This document shows positions 1-10,134 of a stretch of DNA of 64,000 bases, piece after piece. A program made the translations under genes and the position numbers. The notes under the pieces are model-generated. The model was not told where the DNA came from, made no database searches, and was given only the letters and a program-made list of their open reading frames with translations. This DNA is from a virus. How positions within the stretch are numbered: the stretch's first letter is position 1; the number at the start of each line of letters is the position of its first letter. The stretch spans positions 1-64,000 of IMG/VR virus record IMGVR_UViG_3300027804_000039. One strand, written 5' to 3'.

Positions 1-170
1 AATGCTTTACCTTGGGTGCTTACAAAGTTTACACCATTTGAAAAAACATTAACAACAAATGTAGGTGCCAAAATAACAATTGCCAAAATAACAATCCACT
101 TAGTCACAATCTTCTCCTGTGTGTGTGTTGCGATAGTGTTAGTATATGTTCTATGTGTTCGAATGTCAAC

Positions 171-692
171 CTACCATTTATCCATAACAGTCCAAAGTTC
201 ATCATCGTTCTTACAAATTACACCTTTGGACATTTTTCCTTCAAATCGTTCGGTAAAGAAACGACATTTGGTACTATCATGTTTAAAGTATTTTGGTTTT
301 TTGGGATCAAAACTAAATTCGTTTTCCATAGCCGTGTCACCAATTTTCCAACGAACTTTGGTTGGTACTGGGCCTTCTTTACAAACAGTATGAACTTCGG
401 TCCTAAAGTCTCCACCTAATCTTATGTACAGCTCATTCATTCCGTTTTGGATGGCTTTTTGGCAACTAATTTCTGGATCGCCATAATCTTCGTGTGTCCA
501 ATCCACATTATGTGTGTCGCCGTCAACTTTGACGCTGAACTTAACACGACATTTTTGGTGACTCTTTTCTTTCACCAAATTCTCAATATCGCTAACTTGC
601 CTATCTTTAGTCAATTGGCTGGCTTGCCGCATGGTGCAATCTGCCCAAGCAACATTACTAATCAACAGTAAAGTTATAAGAATAGTTTTCAT
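171..692 (-). CDS. hypothetical exported protein
   Basis: 173 aa ORF with signal-peptide-like N-terminus; overlaps upstream gene by 4 nt. Confidence 0.6.
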   Translation of the reverse strand: MKTILITLLLISNVAWADCTMRQASQLTKDRQVSDIENLVKEKSHQKCRVKFSVKVDGDTHNVDWTHEDYGDPEISCQKAIQNGMNELYIRLGGDFRTEVHTVCKEGPVPTKVRWKIGDTAMENEFSFDPKKPKYFKHDSTKCRFFTERFEGKMSKGVICKNDDELWTVMDKW

Positions 693-940
693 TGTTCACA
701 GTTATAAGCAAACCACCAAATGTGTTCTTTCAAGAGAGAATGATATGCCTTGTCCTCTCCTTCGAGTTTTTCAGTACTACGATCCATGAATTTTAGACGT
801 AAGATATCCTTGAGATCCCAAATTTGGTCAGCACGTTTCTTACAATCTAGCGGATAGTTTTGAAGTTGTTGGTAAGTGGGCAAAGGCTGGCCACTACAGC
901 CAACCAGTGCCGCTGTCAACAAAACGATTAATGTTTTCAC
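689..940 (-). CDS. putative lipoprotein
   Basis: Hydrophobic N-terminus ending in LVGC lipobox. Confidence 0.6.
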   Translation of the reverse strand: MKTLIVLLTAALVGCSGQPLPTYQQLQNYPLDCKKRADQIWDLKDILRLKFMDRSTEKLEGEDKAYHSLLKEHIWWFAYNCEQ

Positions 941-1386
941 ACTCTGTGGTCATCAACAAGTTGAACATCGCTAAGACCAGCCAGCATTTGAAACTTTTGC
1001 CAAGCGGCCTTAACACCTGGGTTTTTATCTAGTTCTTCACTAGGTAGAATTGTTTCCAACCAAATATGCGGGAGCCTGCGTGGGTGAGCACCAAACTTCC
1101 TAGGCTCGTGGAACTTGCCAGATTCTACCAGAGCGATACTAACACTACGGAATTGTTCTTCATCTGCATCAGTATATCCAGCCCACTCTGGATGACTACC
1201 ACCAAAGAAGCCACGCATCATGTTGCCGTCACTGCCACCACCGTAGCCCTGCCAAATACTTTGCCATTGTAGATCATCTCTAGGGTCAAAATCTGTACGA
1301 GCAATGATAACAAGAACATCGTCAATGTCGACTTTGCCTTCTACAATGTCACGAACGCAACGGCTATAACTAAGACCAATTTTCAC
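937..1386 (-). CDS. hypothetical phage protein
   Basis: 149 aa ORF in overlapping gene string. Confidence 0.6.
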   Translation of the reverse strand: MKIGLSYSRCVRDIVEGKVDIDDVLVIIARTDFDPRDDLQWQSIWQGYGGGSDGNMMRGFFGGSHPEWAGYTDADEEQFRSVSIALVESGKFHEPRKFGAHPRRLPHIWLETILPSEELDKNPGVKAAWQKFQMLAGLSDVQLVDDHRV

Positions 1387-1712
1387 TTTATTTCCAATCT
1401 TACTTGTTTAATTGAATCCCAACGGAAACTTTTCCAATGCTTTGACTCCAAATCGTAAACAGGGCAAACATCTTCGTTTACCTTGCGTTCACGCTTTGGT
1501 GCCGGAAAGTTTATTGGACTGTCAGTGTTAGTATAATGCTTTTCTTCAGTTAAGTCAAGTGGAACAAGCGATGGAGCAGTTGTACACTCCATCACTCGTT
1601 CGGTACCATCTTTTTTGGTAAAGGTTACAGTTACTGGACCAAAAGCCAAATGGCCTTTTAGCCATTTTTTAAATAGTACCAATTCCTGTTCAGTTAGATT
1701 CAACTTTTCCAT
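1383..1712 (-). CDS. WYL_2/DUF2693-like SH3-fold phage protein
   Basis: VTFTKKDGTER and VYDLE..WKSFR motifs. Confidence 0.65.
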   Translation of the reverse strand: MEKLNLTEQELVLFKKWLKGHLAFGPVTVTFTKKDGTERVMECTTAPSLVPLDLTEEKHYTNTDSPINFPAPKRERKVNEDVCPVYDLESKHWKSFRWDSIKQVRLEIK

Positions 1713-1866
1713 TTTGGCTTTCTAGTTGGTTGACTCGTTCGTTAAGTCGAACGACTTCATACTCTAACTGCTCAATATGAGCCGCTACCTTTTCCATAAA
1801 CTCTGCGGTGTTATGACCGGTACGTCTGATCATATCAACAACAGACAATTTCTGTTCTTCTGCCAT

Positions 1867-2721
1867 TTAAACCTCCAAAATAATGTTAGGGTTCCAGCCA
1901 GTGTCCTCGCCGTAACCATCGCTTTGGTAACCGCGTGGGTTACATACAACACGGGTCTCGCCTACCATGTAATCAAAACAGTGATGAGTGTGTCCATGTG
2001 TCCACAATTTGATTTGTGGATGATCCAAAATAAACTCACTCAAGTCGCTGTGATAAGCACCGTTCATCAGTGTTTCGTGTGCATACTGTGGATGAACACT
2101 TTGGTGACTAGGACTGTGATGTCCTACAACAACAAATTTTTCATCGTGCTTTTCTGCTATAACAGTTTTGATGTATGCCAGCGTTTCGCGATGCCGCACT
2201 ACAGTATCCGCAGGCTTCAGGTTAGTGTAGCCCTTTTCGTCATTTTTAATGATACGGAAGTCGTTCATCATGTCGCGAACAGCGTGAAGTGTAAGCGGAT
2301 CATATTTGTTCATATCAGTCCACAAGGTACCACCGATGAAAGTTACATCATCAATTTTAACCGAGTCGCGTTCTAAGAAATGAACATTGGGGAATTTTGC
2401 ACACTCATCTCTGAGGTACTGAATACCCTTAACCCATTTGCCGTGATAGAATTCGTGATTACCTGCAACATAGACAACATGTGGAAACAGGTTACTCATA
2501 CGAGTCAGGAAGTCACGGAATGTCTGCACACGCTTCTGCTTACGACCTAGTTCAGCAAATGAACCGTATTCGTAGATGCTAGGAACATGAGGGTGGTCGT
2601 GCAGGTCCTCGGCAATCATAACATCACCGCCAAGGATCAACACGTCTGCATTGTTCTCGTTTTTAAGTTCGAAGCAGTCTGAAAACTCTAAGTGGAGGTC
2701 AGACGCTAGGGTAATTTTCAT
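1867..2721 (-). CDS. calcineurin-like metallophosphoesterase
   Basis: SDLH, GD, GNHE, GHH and HGHTH motifs. Confidence 0.85.
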   Translation of the reverse strand: MKITLASDLHLEFSDCFELKNENNADVLILGGDVMIAEDLHDHPHVPSIYEYGSFAELGRKQKRVQTFRDFLTRMSNLFPHVVYVAGNHEFYHGKWVKGIQYLRDECAKFPNVHFLERDSVKIDDVTFIGGTLWTDMNKYDPLTLHAVRDMMNDFRIIKNDEKGYTNLKPADTVVRHRETLAYIKTVIAEKHDEKFVVVGHHSPSHQSVHPQYAHETLMNGAYHSDLSEFILDHPQIKLWTHGHTHHCFDYMVGETRVVCNPRGYQSDGYGEDTGWNPNIILEV

Positions 2722-3268
2722 TTCGTTCTCTTATAAATTGCTGTGCATGTTCTTTGGTAAGTCGGCCAGCTTTGTGCTCTTCGATGGCAAAACGCAACGC
2801 TTCTTCAACGAGTTCGTTGAAAGTTATATCGCGTTCATGTGCCAGTTTCATGTATTTTAACAGTTCTTCATCAGTAAAGTCAACCGGAACTTTTACACGA
2901 TCATCGTATTCTTCTCCCCGGACTACTGCACAAATTTTTTCTAAAATATCTTCAGGAACGTCTAAGTCAATGAACTTACTATTGTCTAAACTTTCGGTTG
3001 GATCGATCTCGCGTTCAGATGCTTCTGCAAGAAACGCTTCTTTATAGTCAGGGTGTTGCCAGCGATATTCTTTACGGTTTACATAATCCCACAATTCAAC
3101 GGCATAGACAAATTGATCCTTGCTGTCAAACAGGGCACTAATACTATATTGGTCTTCTTTGTAGGAATCTAGATAACGGGCATCGGGTCCGTAGCAGTTC
3201 CAACCGTAATTGGATCCTTCGGTGATTTTAAATTGAATAGCTTCAAGATATTCTTGTAGTGTAATCAT
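2699..3268 (-). CDS. hypothetical phage protein
   Basis: 189 aa ORF, operonic. Confidence 0.6.
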   Translation of the reverse strand: MITLQEYLEAIQFKITEGSNYGWNCYGPDARYLDSYKEDQYSISALFDSKDQFVYAVELWDYVNRKEYRWQHPDYKEAFLAEASEREIDPTESLDNSKFIDLDVPEDILEKICAVVRGEEYDDRVKVPVDFTDEELLKYMKLAHERDITFNELVEEALRFAIEEHKAGRLTKEHAQQFIRERNENYPSV

Positions 3269-3510
3269 TGCAAATTCCTTTTTTCACTGTTATTAAAAGA
3301 GTTCATAAGTTGTTCTACAACCTCTTCTGGCAGTTCTTCAAAGTCGTCATCGTCTAGTGGACGACTCATTGCTTCTAGTTCTTCTGCGGTTTTACCCTCA
3401 AACATTTTTTGAATGTCTGCAATGAGCTCATCAAGTTCTTCTTGGGTGCCTTCAAAGTTATCAAAGCAACCTGGTGCAAAATTAATTTTCAATTCTTTTT
3501 TATCAGTCAT
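3265..3510 (-). CDS. acidic hypothetical protein
   Basis: 81 aa, overlaps neighbours by 4 nt. Confidence 0.55.
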   Translation of the reverse strand: MTDKKELKINFAPGCFDNFEGTQEELDELIADIQKMFEGKTAEELEAMSRPLDDDDFEELPEEVVEQLMNSFNNSEKRNLQ

Positions 3511-3935
3511 AGCTCTAAGCCATCCTTTCTTGCCTGTTCTTCAATACGAGCCTGACGCTCTGCTTCGTGTACATCACACAAGGTGCGTACCCATCCACCA
3601 CCACGAGTGGTGCCGAGCCCGCCACACTCTTCACAAAGGTGTCCAGTCATGCTTTCGGCAAGCCAAACTGCACCGCTAATAAATTCATCGCCGCCTTGAT
3701 AATAGAAGCGAAGTGTTCCAAATTTTTCTTTAACTTGTTCTACAATAACTTGCGGGCAAACCTCGCCACGTTTGTGTTTGTTGTCAATATGATTTTGGAT
3801 AGTTTCTGAAAGTTTTTCAATCAGAGGATACCATCCTTTGCCAATAGCAAACCCGCCGTACTTTCCACCATACATCTTTGGAAAACGACTTTCCATTCGT
3901 TTGGCATAAACTTCGTATTCGTGTTCTTCGCTCAT
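3507..3935 (-). CDS. hypothetical phage protein
   Basis: QVKEKFGTLRFY and CEECG motifs, as seen in large-phage hypotheticals. Confidence 0.6.
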   Translation of the reverse strand: MSEEHEYEVYAKRMESRFPKMYGGKYGGFAIGKGWYPLIEKLSETIQNHIDNKHKRGEVCPQVIVEQVKEKFGTLRFYYQGGDEFISGAVWLAESMTGHLCEECGGLGTTRGGGWVRTLCDVHEAERQARIEEQARKDGLEL

Positions 3936-4618
3936 TGCACCGCCTTTACATAGTTTAGTCTAGTCACAGGATTTTCAAATTTCCAATGTTTGTTATGATC
4001 TTTTACCTTTGCCTTCACAACAACAGCAGGTCCAAGTTTGAGTTCATATTTGCTCATCCAAGAAACCATTTTGTTATTAATTATAGCATCAATGTTAAAA
4101 GCATCAAAGTTTTTTGAACGTTGACATGATAACACTTCGCAGTCCAAGTCTAAAAGACTTTCACCAATGTCTGCTAGATATTCGGCATCGGCTTGTTTAA
4201 CTTTCTTTTCAACTTGATATCTACCATAGTCACGTTTGAATACGCTGGGCAAACAGGCAATAAAACCAAATTTATTTTCTGGGACGTCTGTAGAATTAAG
4301 AAGCGCATTAATTTCAGTTAGAAACTCGTTCTCGCCTTCAACAGCCGCAAACAACAACCTACGATAAAACTTTTGGATTTCGTCCGCCAAGTCTGTGTCT
4401 TCTTTATTGGTACATAGTAAAGGAGGTTTCAACCCGTCGTCTGCTGGTTTGAATATGGCCGGGTCCAGTGTCAGACGCATCAACAGTTTGTTATCCCATT
4501 TATAAGCCATGAGCTTATTGTCATCGGAATAAACGGGCTCGGTAAATTTAATGTAGTCTTTGTTGATGCGTTGGGCCGCACAAGCCAATTCCAACACCGT
4601 TTGGAGTGGGTGATTCAT
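3932..4618 (-). CDS. hypothetical protein
   Basis: 228 aa ORF downstream of a sigma70-like promoter. Confidence 0.6.
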   Translation of the reverse strand: MNHPLQTVLELACAAQRINKDYIKFTEPVYSDDNKLMAYKWDNKLLMRLTLDPAIFKPADDGLKPPLLCTNKEDTDLADEIQKFYRRLLFAAVEGENEFLTEINALLNSTDVPENKFGFIACLPSVFKRDYGRYQVEKKVKQADAEYLADIGESLLDLDCEVLSCQRSKNFDAFNIDAIINNKMVSWMSKYELKLGPAVVVKAKVKDHNKHWKFENPVTRLNYVKAVQ

Positions 4619-4647
4619 TTCGCTCTTTCAAATTAACAATATGTTAT

Positions 4648-4676
4648 ATTTTACTGGAAAATGTAGTCAGTGTCAA
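4648..4676 (-). promoter_or_regulatory. sigma70-type promoter
   Basis: TTGACA-17-TAAAAT on minus strand. Confidence 0.6.
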
Positions 4677-5325
4677 TCTTTTTCAAACGTACATAAACCT
4701 TTTTAGCCAAACGTCTTAAGATTGGACTAACTGGACGTTCAAAATGACTTACATACGCATTTAGGTTTGGGCTGGCAAAATCGCCGTTTATTTTCATTCT
4801 AGCCAACGTGGTAAATTTGGGCATATACCTCAGCGCACGATGTTTGCCCAAAGTACGACAAAGCTCTATAGCAATACTTAACGCATACGCATCAAGCTCG
4901 TCGGGGTCTTGTAAGTATTCTCTATAGTGGTAACCCGCATCATGATGATCCCAATATTGTTCATAGTTGCGTTTTCTACTTTGTCGCTGGTGTCTTTTTT
5001 CGTGTACCACTGCATCGTAAACTTGTATTAAAAAGTCTTTGACTTGTCTGATGTCCCACACTTGTTCTTTATTGAAATTATTATTAATAACAACTTCAAT
5101 TGGAATATCTAGGTTTTGATCATCGTAGGCGTCATAATATGCGTGAACATAAAACTCAGCAGAGTCTAACGTCTTGTCTTTTCGACTACGTATTTTTAAT
5201 TCAATGTCGTGGATTTTAAATTCTTTGCGTAGAGACTTTAGCACCTCAGTAAAGGTCGAACCGTTTGAATTATGTGCCTGCACTTTGTTACATACTAGGC
5301 AAACGGTTTCCATTACTGAGTTCAT
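4651..5325 (-). CDS. putative HExxH metallopeptidase-like protein
   Basis: VVHEKRH motif and downstream ELDAYA. Confidence 0.5.
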   Translation of the reverse strand: MNSVMETVCLVCNKVQAHNSNGSTFTEVLKSLRKEFKIHDIELKIRSRKDKTLDSAEFYVHAYYDAYDDQNLDIPIEVVINNNFNKEQVWDIRQVKDFLIQVYDAVVHEKRHQRQSRKRNYEQYWDHHDAGYHYREYLQDPDELDAYALSIAIELCRTLGKHRALRYMPKFTTLARMKINGDFASPNLNAYVSHFERPVSPILRRLAKKVYVRLKKIDTDYIFQ

Positions 5326-5326
5326 A

Positions 5327-5545
5327 TTATAACCTATAAGTTACTCTACCTTTTGTAAGGTCATATGGGCTGACTTCTATCTTAACTTTGTCGCCTAGAA
5401 TGATCCTAATCTTGTGCTGTTTTAACTTACCGCCCATGTAACAGAGTATAATTTGATTCATGTTATCAACCTTTACTCTAAACATGTTACCCGGTAGTAC
5501 TTCGTCAACTGTGCCTGTGAGTTCTAAAATGTCGTCTTTAGCCAT
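5327..5545 (-). CDS. infA: translation initiation factor IF-1
   Basis: 72 aa; MAKDDILELTGTVDEVLPGNMFRV...GDKVKIEVSPYDLTKGRVTYR is the IF-1 signature. Confidence 0.95.
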   Translation of the reverse strand: MAKDDILELTGTVDEVLPGNMFRVKVDNMNQIILCYMGGKLKQHKIRIILGDKVKIEVSPYDLTKGRVTYRL

Positions 5546-5723
5546 TCTTAGTTACTACGATTTTACCGTCCTCTAGTTTGATATCCAAAACGTCCCCTTC
5601 TTTCCATCCAGTAAGTTTTAATACTTCGTCTGGAAACTTCATCATGACATTTTCAGGATCTCCTGGGATTTCTTGAAAAATGTCTTCTGCTGTAAAAATG
5701 AATTTTTCGTTTTCTTGTTCCAT
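5538..5723 (-). CDS. AbrB/MazE-like small DNA-binding protein
   Basis: FPDEVLKLTGWKEGDVLDIKLEDGKIVV swapped-hairpin pattern. Confidence 0.55.
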   Translation of the reverse strand: MEQENEKFIFTAEDIFQEIPGDPENVMMKFPDEVLKLTGWKEGDVLDIKLEDGKIVVTKNG

Positions 5724-5730
5724 GGTATAT

Positions 5731-6285
5731 TTATTTTGTTAATTCGTCATCAGAGTAAGGTACTGGCCTCCACCCTAATTTATTCAAGTCGAATTCGATT
5801 TCTTCAGTTACACAACCTTCAGGGACATAGCCCGTGCGCTTTTGCCATTCTTCATTAGTTTCTTCACCTTCGTACTCTTGATTGAGTCCACCCATACCTG
5901 AACAGTACCAATCAATGTAATCACCTTCTTGACGCATGTCAGCAATTATACCGCCAGCATATCTCCAAGAGCAACTCCAAGTTTCACCTTTTAGTTCTTG
6001 CCAAAACTCACGGCTTTGCCATTGCATATTGCACATGGCAGCATATAGGTTTTGGGCGTAGGCATCGCTTTGGCGCACTTTGTCTAGCATCCACTCGCAA
6101 GTACGGAGGTCATACTCCATGTCGTTCTTGTGTTCTTTCTCAGCCCATTCAGCATCTTGCTTGGCTGTGTTTTCCCACATTTCGAGATATGCTTTGCTAG
6201 GTTCCTTGCCGTCTTTAGCACATCGTTCTAGATATGCTTCCTTTTGAAAGGTATGACGCTGGGGACTAGAAGATACAGGTTTCAA
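5731..6285 (-). CDS. hypothetical phage protein
   Basis: 184 aa ORF. Confidence 0.6.
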   Translation of the reverse strand: MKPVSSSPQRHTFQKEAYLERCAKDGKEPSKAYLEMWENTAKQDAEWAEKEHKNDMEYDLRTCEWMLDKVRQSDAYAQNLYAAMCNMQWQSREFWQELKGETWSCSWRYAGGIIADMRQEGDYIDWYCSGMGGLNQEYEGEETNEEWQKRTGYVPEGCVTEEIEFDLNKLGWRPVPYSDDELTK

Positions 6286-6638
6286 TGAAAGTCTCCTCGG
6301 AAACAGTGAAGAACTTCATGACCGACATTGTGAATGGTTGCCATACGTGGAGTGACAATAATACACTCTTTACCTTCCCAGAATGAACAGGCTTGTATGT
6401 TGTAGTTGAAAACTTTGCCTCCGCGGCGTACACTTTCTTCGCTACAGGCCTTGTTAACATCTTTTACAACCTTCCAACGCAAACGCACATCCATGACTTC
6501 GTTTTTTGTTGCATCAAATCGTGTCTCAGGATTTTCCCAACCAACGAAAGTCATAACCGGACCTTGGTCGCGTTCTTGTCCAACAAGAAAGAATACTGCA
6601 ATTAAAGCTATACAAGTACCAAAAATTGCCTTTTTCAT
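6282..6638 (-). CDS. membrane-anchored protein with HExxH motif
   Basis: N-terminal TM segment; GHEVLH near C-terminus. Confidence 0.55.
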   Translation of the reverse strand: MKKAIFGTCIALIAVFFLVGQERDQGPVMTFVGWENPETRFDATKNEVMDVRLRWKVVKDVNKACSEESVRRGGKVFNYNIQACSFWEGKECIIVTPRMATIHNVGHEVLHCFRGDFH

Positions 6639-6662
6639 GTGTGCCTCTGTGTGTTGTTAATC

Positions 6663-6775
6663 TGGTGTAGACGGTAGGATTCGAACCTACAAAGCCGCCA
6701 TATTGACTAGGCCCGTTCCCCCTGTGGCCGTTCGTTACACCACAGGGGAGGTCTACCAATTCCACTCACGTCTAC
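6663..6775 (-). ncRNA. tRNA-like RNA without a canonical anticodon loop
   Basis: Acceptor GTAGACG/CGTCTAC-ACCA, D loop GGAATTGGTAGAC, T arm GTAGG-TTCGAAT-CCTAC; 9-bp stem with 12-nt loop in place of the anticodon arm. Confidence 0.75.
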
Positions 6776-6781
6776 ATTGTT

Positions 6782-6810
6782 AGTATATATTCAATTTTGG
6801 TAAAAGTCAA
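6782..6810 (-). promoter_or_regulatory. sigma70-type promoter
   Basis: TTGACT-17-TATACT immediately upstream of the tRNA-like RNA. Confidence 0.7.
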
Positions 6811-6851
6811 CTTATTTTGGTACCTGTATAAACTACTGTTAAATACACCTG

Positions 6852-7826
6852 ATGAGCTTTAACCAAATACCATTCGAACACATAGTCCGTTTTGGACAGC
6901 AGACTATGCTGGACAGACCCTTGTTTTCAGTTAGTTGGATACTAGGTCGGTTTTGCAATTATAAATGTTCCTACTGCTGGCCCTATGCTAGAAGTGATCA
7001 ATTAGATTATCAATCTCTAGATGTTTACAAGTATACAGTCGATGAGATAAAACGTCAAGCCCAAAATAACGGGTTTACAGAGTTCCATTGGAGCTTTAGC
7101 GGTGGCGAACCTACAGCATATAAAGAACTATTAGATTTGGTTAGATACCTTGAAACAGACAAACGAAGTACATACCAAAGTATCCACATGACTACAAATT
7201 TAAGTCCAGGATCTAAATGGTGGAAAACTTGGTGCGATATCACATCAACTCTACAGCGCCGAAGCATTACTGCCAGCTATCACGCAGAGTTTGCTAAAGA
7301 ACAAGAGTTTGGAGATAAGTGCTTACAGTTAATGTATGAAAATGTTTTTGTTACTGTTAATCAAGTAATGGTTCCGGAAAAGTTTTATGAGCTATATGAT
7401 CGTATGTCTAGGTTACATCAACGAGGCATTAATGTTACCTTGAAGCCGCAAAGCAACGAAACCGCTAGTGCTATTGTAGACGGTTATACAGAAGACATGA
7501 TACACAAAATGCAAACTGGTTTTCCGCAAACAGCACATAATGAAGAAGTGTACCAAATAAGACTTAACGACGGATTTAAAGATTATTATTTTGACCAAGC
7601 CGAAAGATTCAATGCTTTTGGATTTAATAAGTTTAAAGGTTGGACTTGCAATAGCGGCTATCAAAGTGTTATAATTAGAGGTAATGAAGTTAAACGTAGT
7701 TACAGTTGCCACGATGTACCGTTAGGAACTCTAAAAGACTTTACCTTGTTTAAGGAACCAGTTAAATGTATTACACCCAGTTGTGTCAGCTCGGCAGATA
7801 GTAAGATACCAAAATGTCGAGATTAA
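6852..7826 (+). CDS. radical SAM protein with SPASM/twitch-like C-terminus
   Basis: CNYKCSYC, GGEP, C-terminal Cys cluster. Confidence 0.9.
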   Translation: MSFNQIPFEHIVRFGQQTMLDRPLFSVSWILGRFCNYKCSYCWPYARSDQLDYQSLDVYKYTVDEIKRQAQNNGFTEFHWSFSGGEPTAYKELLDLVRYLETDKRSTYQSIHMTTNLSPGSKWWKTWCDITSTLQRRSITASYHAEFAKEQEFGDKCLQLMYENVFVTVNQVMVPEKFYELYDRMSRLHQRGINVTLKPQSNETASAIVDGYTEDMIHKMQTGFPQTAHNEEVYQIRLNDGFKDYYFDQAERFNAFGFNKFKGWTCNSGYQSVIIRGNEVKRSYSCHDVPLGTLKDFTLFKEPVKCITPSCVSSADSKIPKCRD

Positions 7827-8479
7827 TTGTATTTGGATGCTCTATGTGTTACGGAGTTGGGTTACCTGATTGCTGGCCACCAACGTCTACACCTAGTAAG
7901 TTATGTTGGCCAGAAATAGTTGCCAAAGCATTGGGATATCAGTGTGTAAACATGTCAGCATCTGGATCTGGTAACAAAGCAATTTGGTATAAGATTAAGA
8001 ATTTTAAATTTGAGGAAGACGACCTTGTTTTGATTTTGTGGTCTTTTCCTAACAGGTATACACTAATAGAAGGACCTAACAACATAAAACATTTGCATCA
8101 TAATAATTACGATGAGTTATCAGTTGCATATTATAATAACTTATACGACGAGTATGATTCCCAAGTGATGTCAGAGTTATTTGTTGACCATGCAAATTAT
8201 ATTTTGAATTCGAAGAAAGTAAATTTTTATCAAATGGCAGTTAAAAAGCGATATTGGAAAATGTTTAAAGATCACCGCTATCTAAAAATAACAATGGATG
8301 CGTATGAAACATTATACCCAAGAGCACTAGACAACAGTCATGCAGGAATAGAAGGGCACAAAGCATTTTCTAAAGATTTGTTAGATATGCTTGGTTATAA
8401 AAATACTTTACCTAAAGTATCCCCTCCTAGATTTATAAACAAAATAAAACTTCCGTTATGGAAGTTATTCATTTGGTGA
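7814..8479 (+). CDS. SGNH-hydrolase-like protein
   Basis: FGCS near N-terminus, GSGN, DNSHAG. Confidence 0.5.
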   Translation: MSRLIVFGCSMCYGVGLPDCWPPTSTPSKLCWPEIVAKALGYQCVNMSASGSGNKAIWYKIKNFKFEEDDLVLILWSFPNRYTLIEGPNNIKHLHHNNYDELSVAYYNNLYDEYDSQVMSELFVDHANYILNSKKVNFYQMAVKKRYWKMFKDHRYLKITMDAYETLYPRALDNSHAGIEGHKAFSKDLLDMLGYKNTLPKVSPPRFINKIKLPLWKLFIW

Positions 8480-8482
8480 CGT

Positions 8483-9085
8483 ATGAACATTGACCTAGAT
8501 CATTTACATCATTGGATGTGTGCTATTAGAGAAAGCAAAGATCCTATGAGAACATTAGATGCGTTCTGGAGCGGCCAGATACGCAGTAAAGAATGGCTGA
8601 TTTCGGAACTACAACGGCTTAGATGCCACGTTGACGACTGGCCTTCTGTAGATATTCATGGAGGATGGGTTGGTGTACTTGCCAGTATGTTATTTCAAAG
8701 CAACCTTTACATTAAAAATATAAGAAGCATTGATATTGATCCTACGTGCGAACCTGTCGCTAACCGTATGAATCAACTTGAACTAGAAACAGGTAAGTTC
8801 AGAGCAGTGACAGCTGACATGTGTTCTATCCGAAGCGATGCAGATATTGTAATTAATACTAGTTGCGAACATATTACACAAGATGAGTTTGACCTATGGA
8901 AGAGCGGTTTGCCACAAAACAGTCTTTTAATTTTACAGGGTAACAATTATAGTATACCAGAACATAAAAGAATTTCCAGTTCATTAGATGATTTTAAAAC
9001 TCAGTGCAATTTAGATAATGTTTGGTATGCAGGCAAATTAGAATTGCCTTCTTATACACGCTTTATGGTAATTGGTAAAAAATAA
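8483..9085 (+). CDS. class I SAM-dependent methyltransferase-like protein
   Basis: GGWVG motif, IDID, ADM, NTSCEH. Confidence 0.6.
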   Translation: MNIDLDHLHHWMCAIRESKDPMRTLDAFWSGQIRSKEWLISELQRLRCHVDDWPSVDIHGGWVGVLASMLFQSNLYIKNIRSIDIDPTCEPVANRMNQLELETGKFRAVTADMCSIRSDADIVINTSCEHITQDEFDLWKSGLPQNSLLILQGNNYSIPEHKRISSSLDDFKTQCNLDNVWYAGKLELPSYTRFMVIGKK

Positions 9086-10134
9086 TGTATCAAGTAACTG
9101 CCGTACATATTGAATTAACTGACAAGTGCCAGGCCGCATGTCCAATGTGTGCTAGGAATCACAACGGCGGCAGTGAACGACCTTTTATTAAGAATACAGA
9201 AATTACATTTGATAATTTTAAACAATGGTTCCCAACTTCGTTCCTTTCTAAATTAAACAATTTTTATAGTTGCGGAAACTACGGTGATCCTGCATTTGCT
9301 ACAGACTGTTTTGAAATATATGACTATGTTAGAAATGCAAGTCCTACTGCTAGGTTAGCCATGCATACTAACGGTAGTTTAAGAAAGTCACAGTGGTGGG
9401 CAGACTTGGCAAAAGTAATGGGACAAAATGGAGAAGTTATCTTTGCTGTTGACGGATTTAAAGGAAAGCACGAATTATACAGGCGCCACACGGACTTTGA
9501 CAAAATAATTGAAAATATAAAAGCGTATGTCGGTGCTGGCGGAATTGCTAGAGTTGATAGTTTAATTTTTAAACACAATGAATCAGATGTTGAACAGTTA
9601 GAAAATTTTTTATTAGAACTGGGTGTAAAGTCTGTTAACTTTAAAAGCACAAAAAGATTCTACAACATGGATTCTTTTCCTGTGTACAATCGAGACAATA
9701 CGTTTGCATATAATATCTATCCTGCAGAAACACCTAATTTTAAACAAGAAGTAAAGATTCCTTTAGAAAACTTTTTAGACAAATCTTTTACAAAAAAAGT
9801 TATGGAGGAATCGTTAATTAATCCACAATGTGTTAATAAACAAGAAATTTATGTTGACCCGCATGGTAACATATTACCGTGTTGTTATATTGGAAGTGAT
9901 TATCTAGAACAGCCGTTAGAAGAAAAAATGGTTATACAGACACTTAGAAATATAACAGTTAACAATTCTAAACAAATGATGAACGCCATCGGTGTCCCTA
10001 ATCTACATAATGCAAATATAGAAGAACTACTAAGTCAACCAGGACTATGGGAAGATTTAGAAAATTATTGGACTGGAAAAGACAAATGTATGACCTGTGT
10101 TAAAACTTGTTCTAGTCAGCTTTACGATCTATAA
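9085..10134 (+). CDS. radical SAM/SPASM protein
   Basis: CQAACPMC and GNILPCC. Confidence 0.9.
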   Translation: MYQVTAVHIELTDKCQAACPMCARNHNGGSERPFIKNTEITFDNFKQWFPTSFLSKLNNFYSCGNYGDPAFATDCFEIYDYVRNASPTARLAMHTNGSLRKSQWWADLAKVMGQNGEVIFAVDGFKGKHELYRRHTDFDKIIENIKAYVGAGGIARVDSLIFKHNESDVEQLENFLLELGVKSVNFKSTKRFYNMDSFPVYNRDNTFAYNIYPAETPNFKQEVKIPLENFLDKSFTKKVMEESLINPQCVNKQEIYVDPHGNILPCCYIGSDYLEQPLEEKMVIQTLRNITVNNSKQMMNAIGVPNLHNANIEELLSQPGLWEDLENYWTGKDKCMTCVKTCSSQLYDL

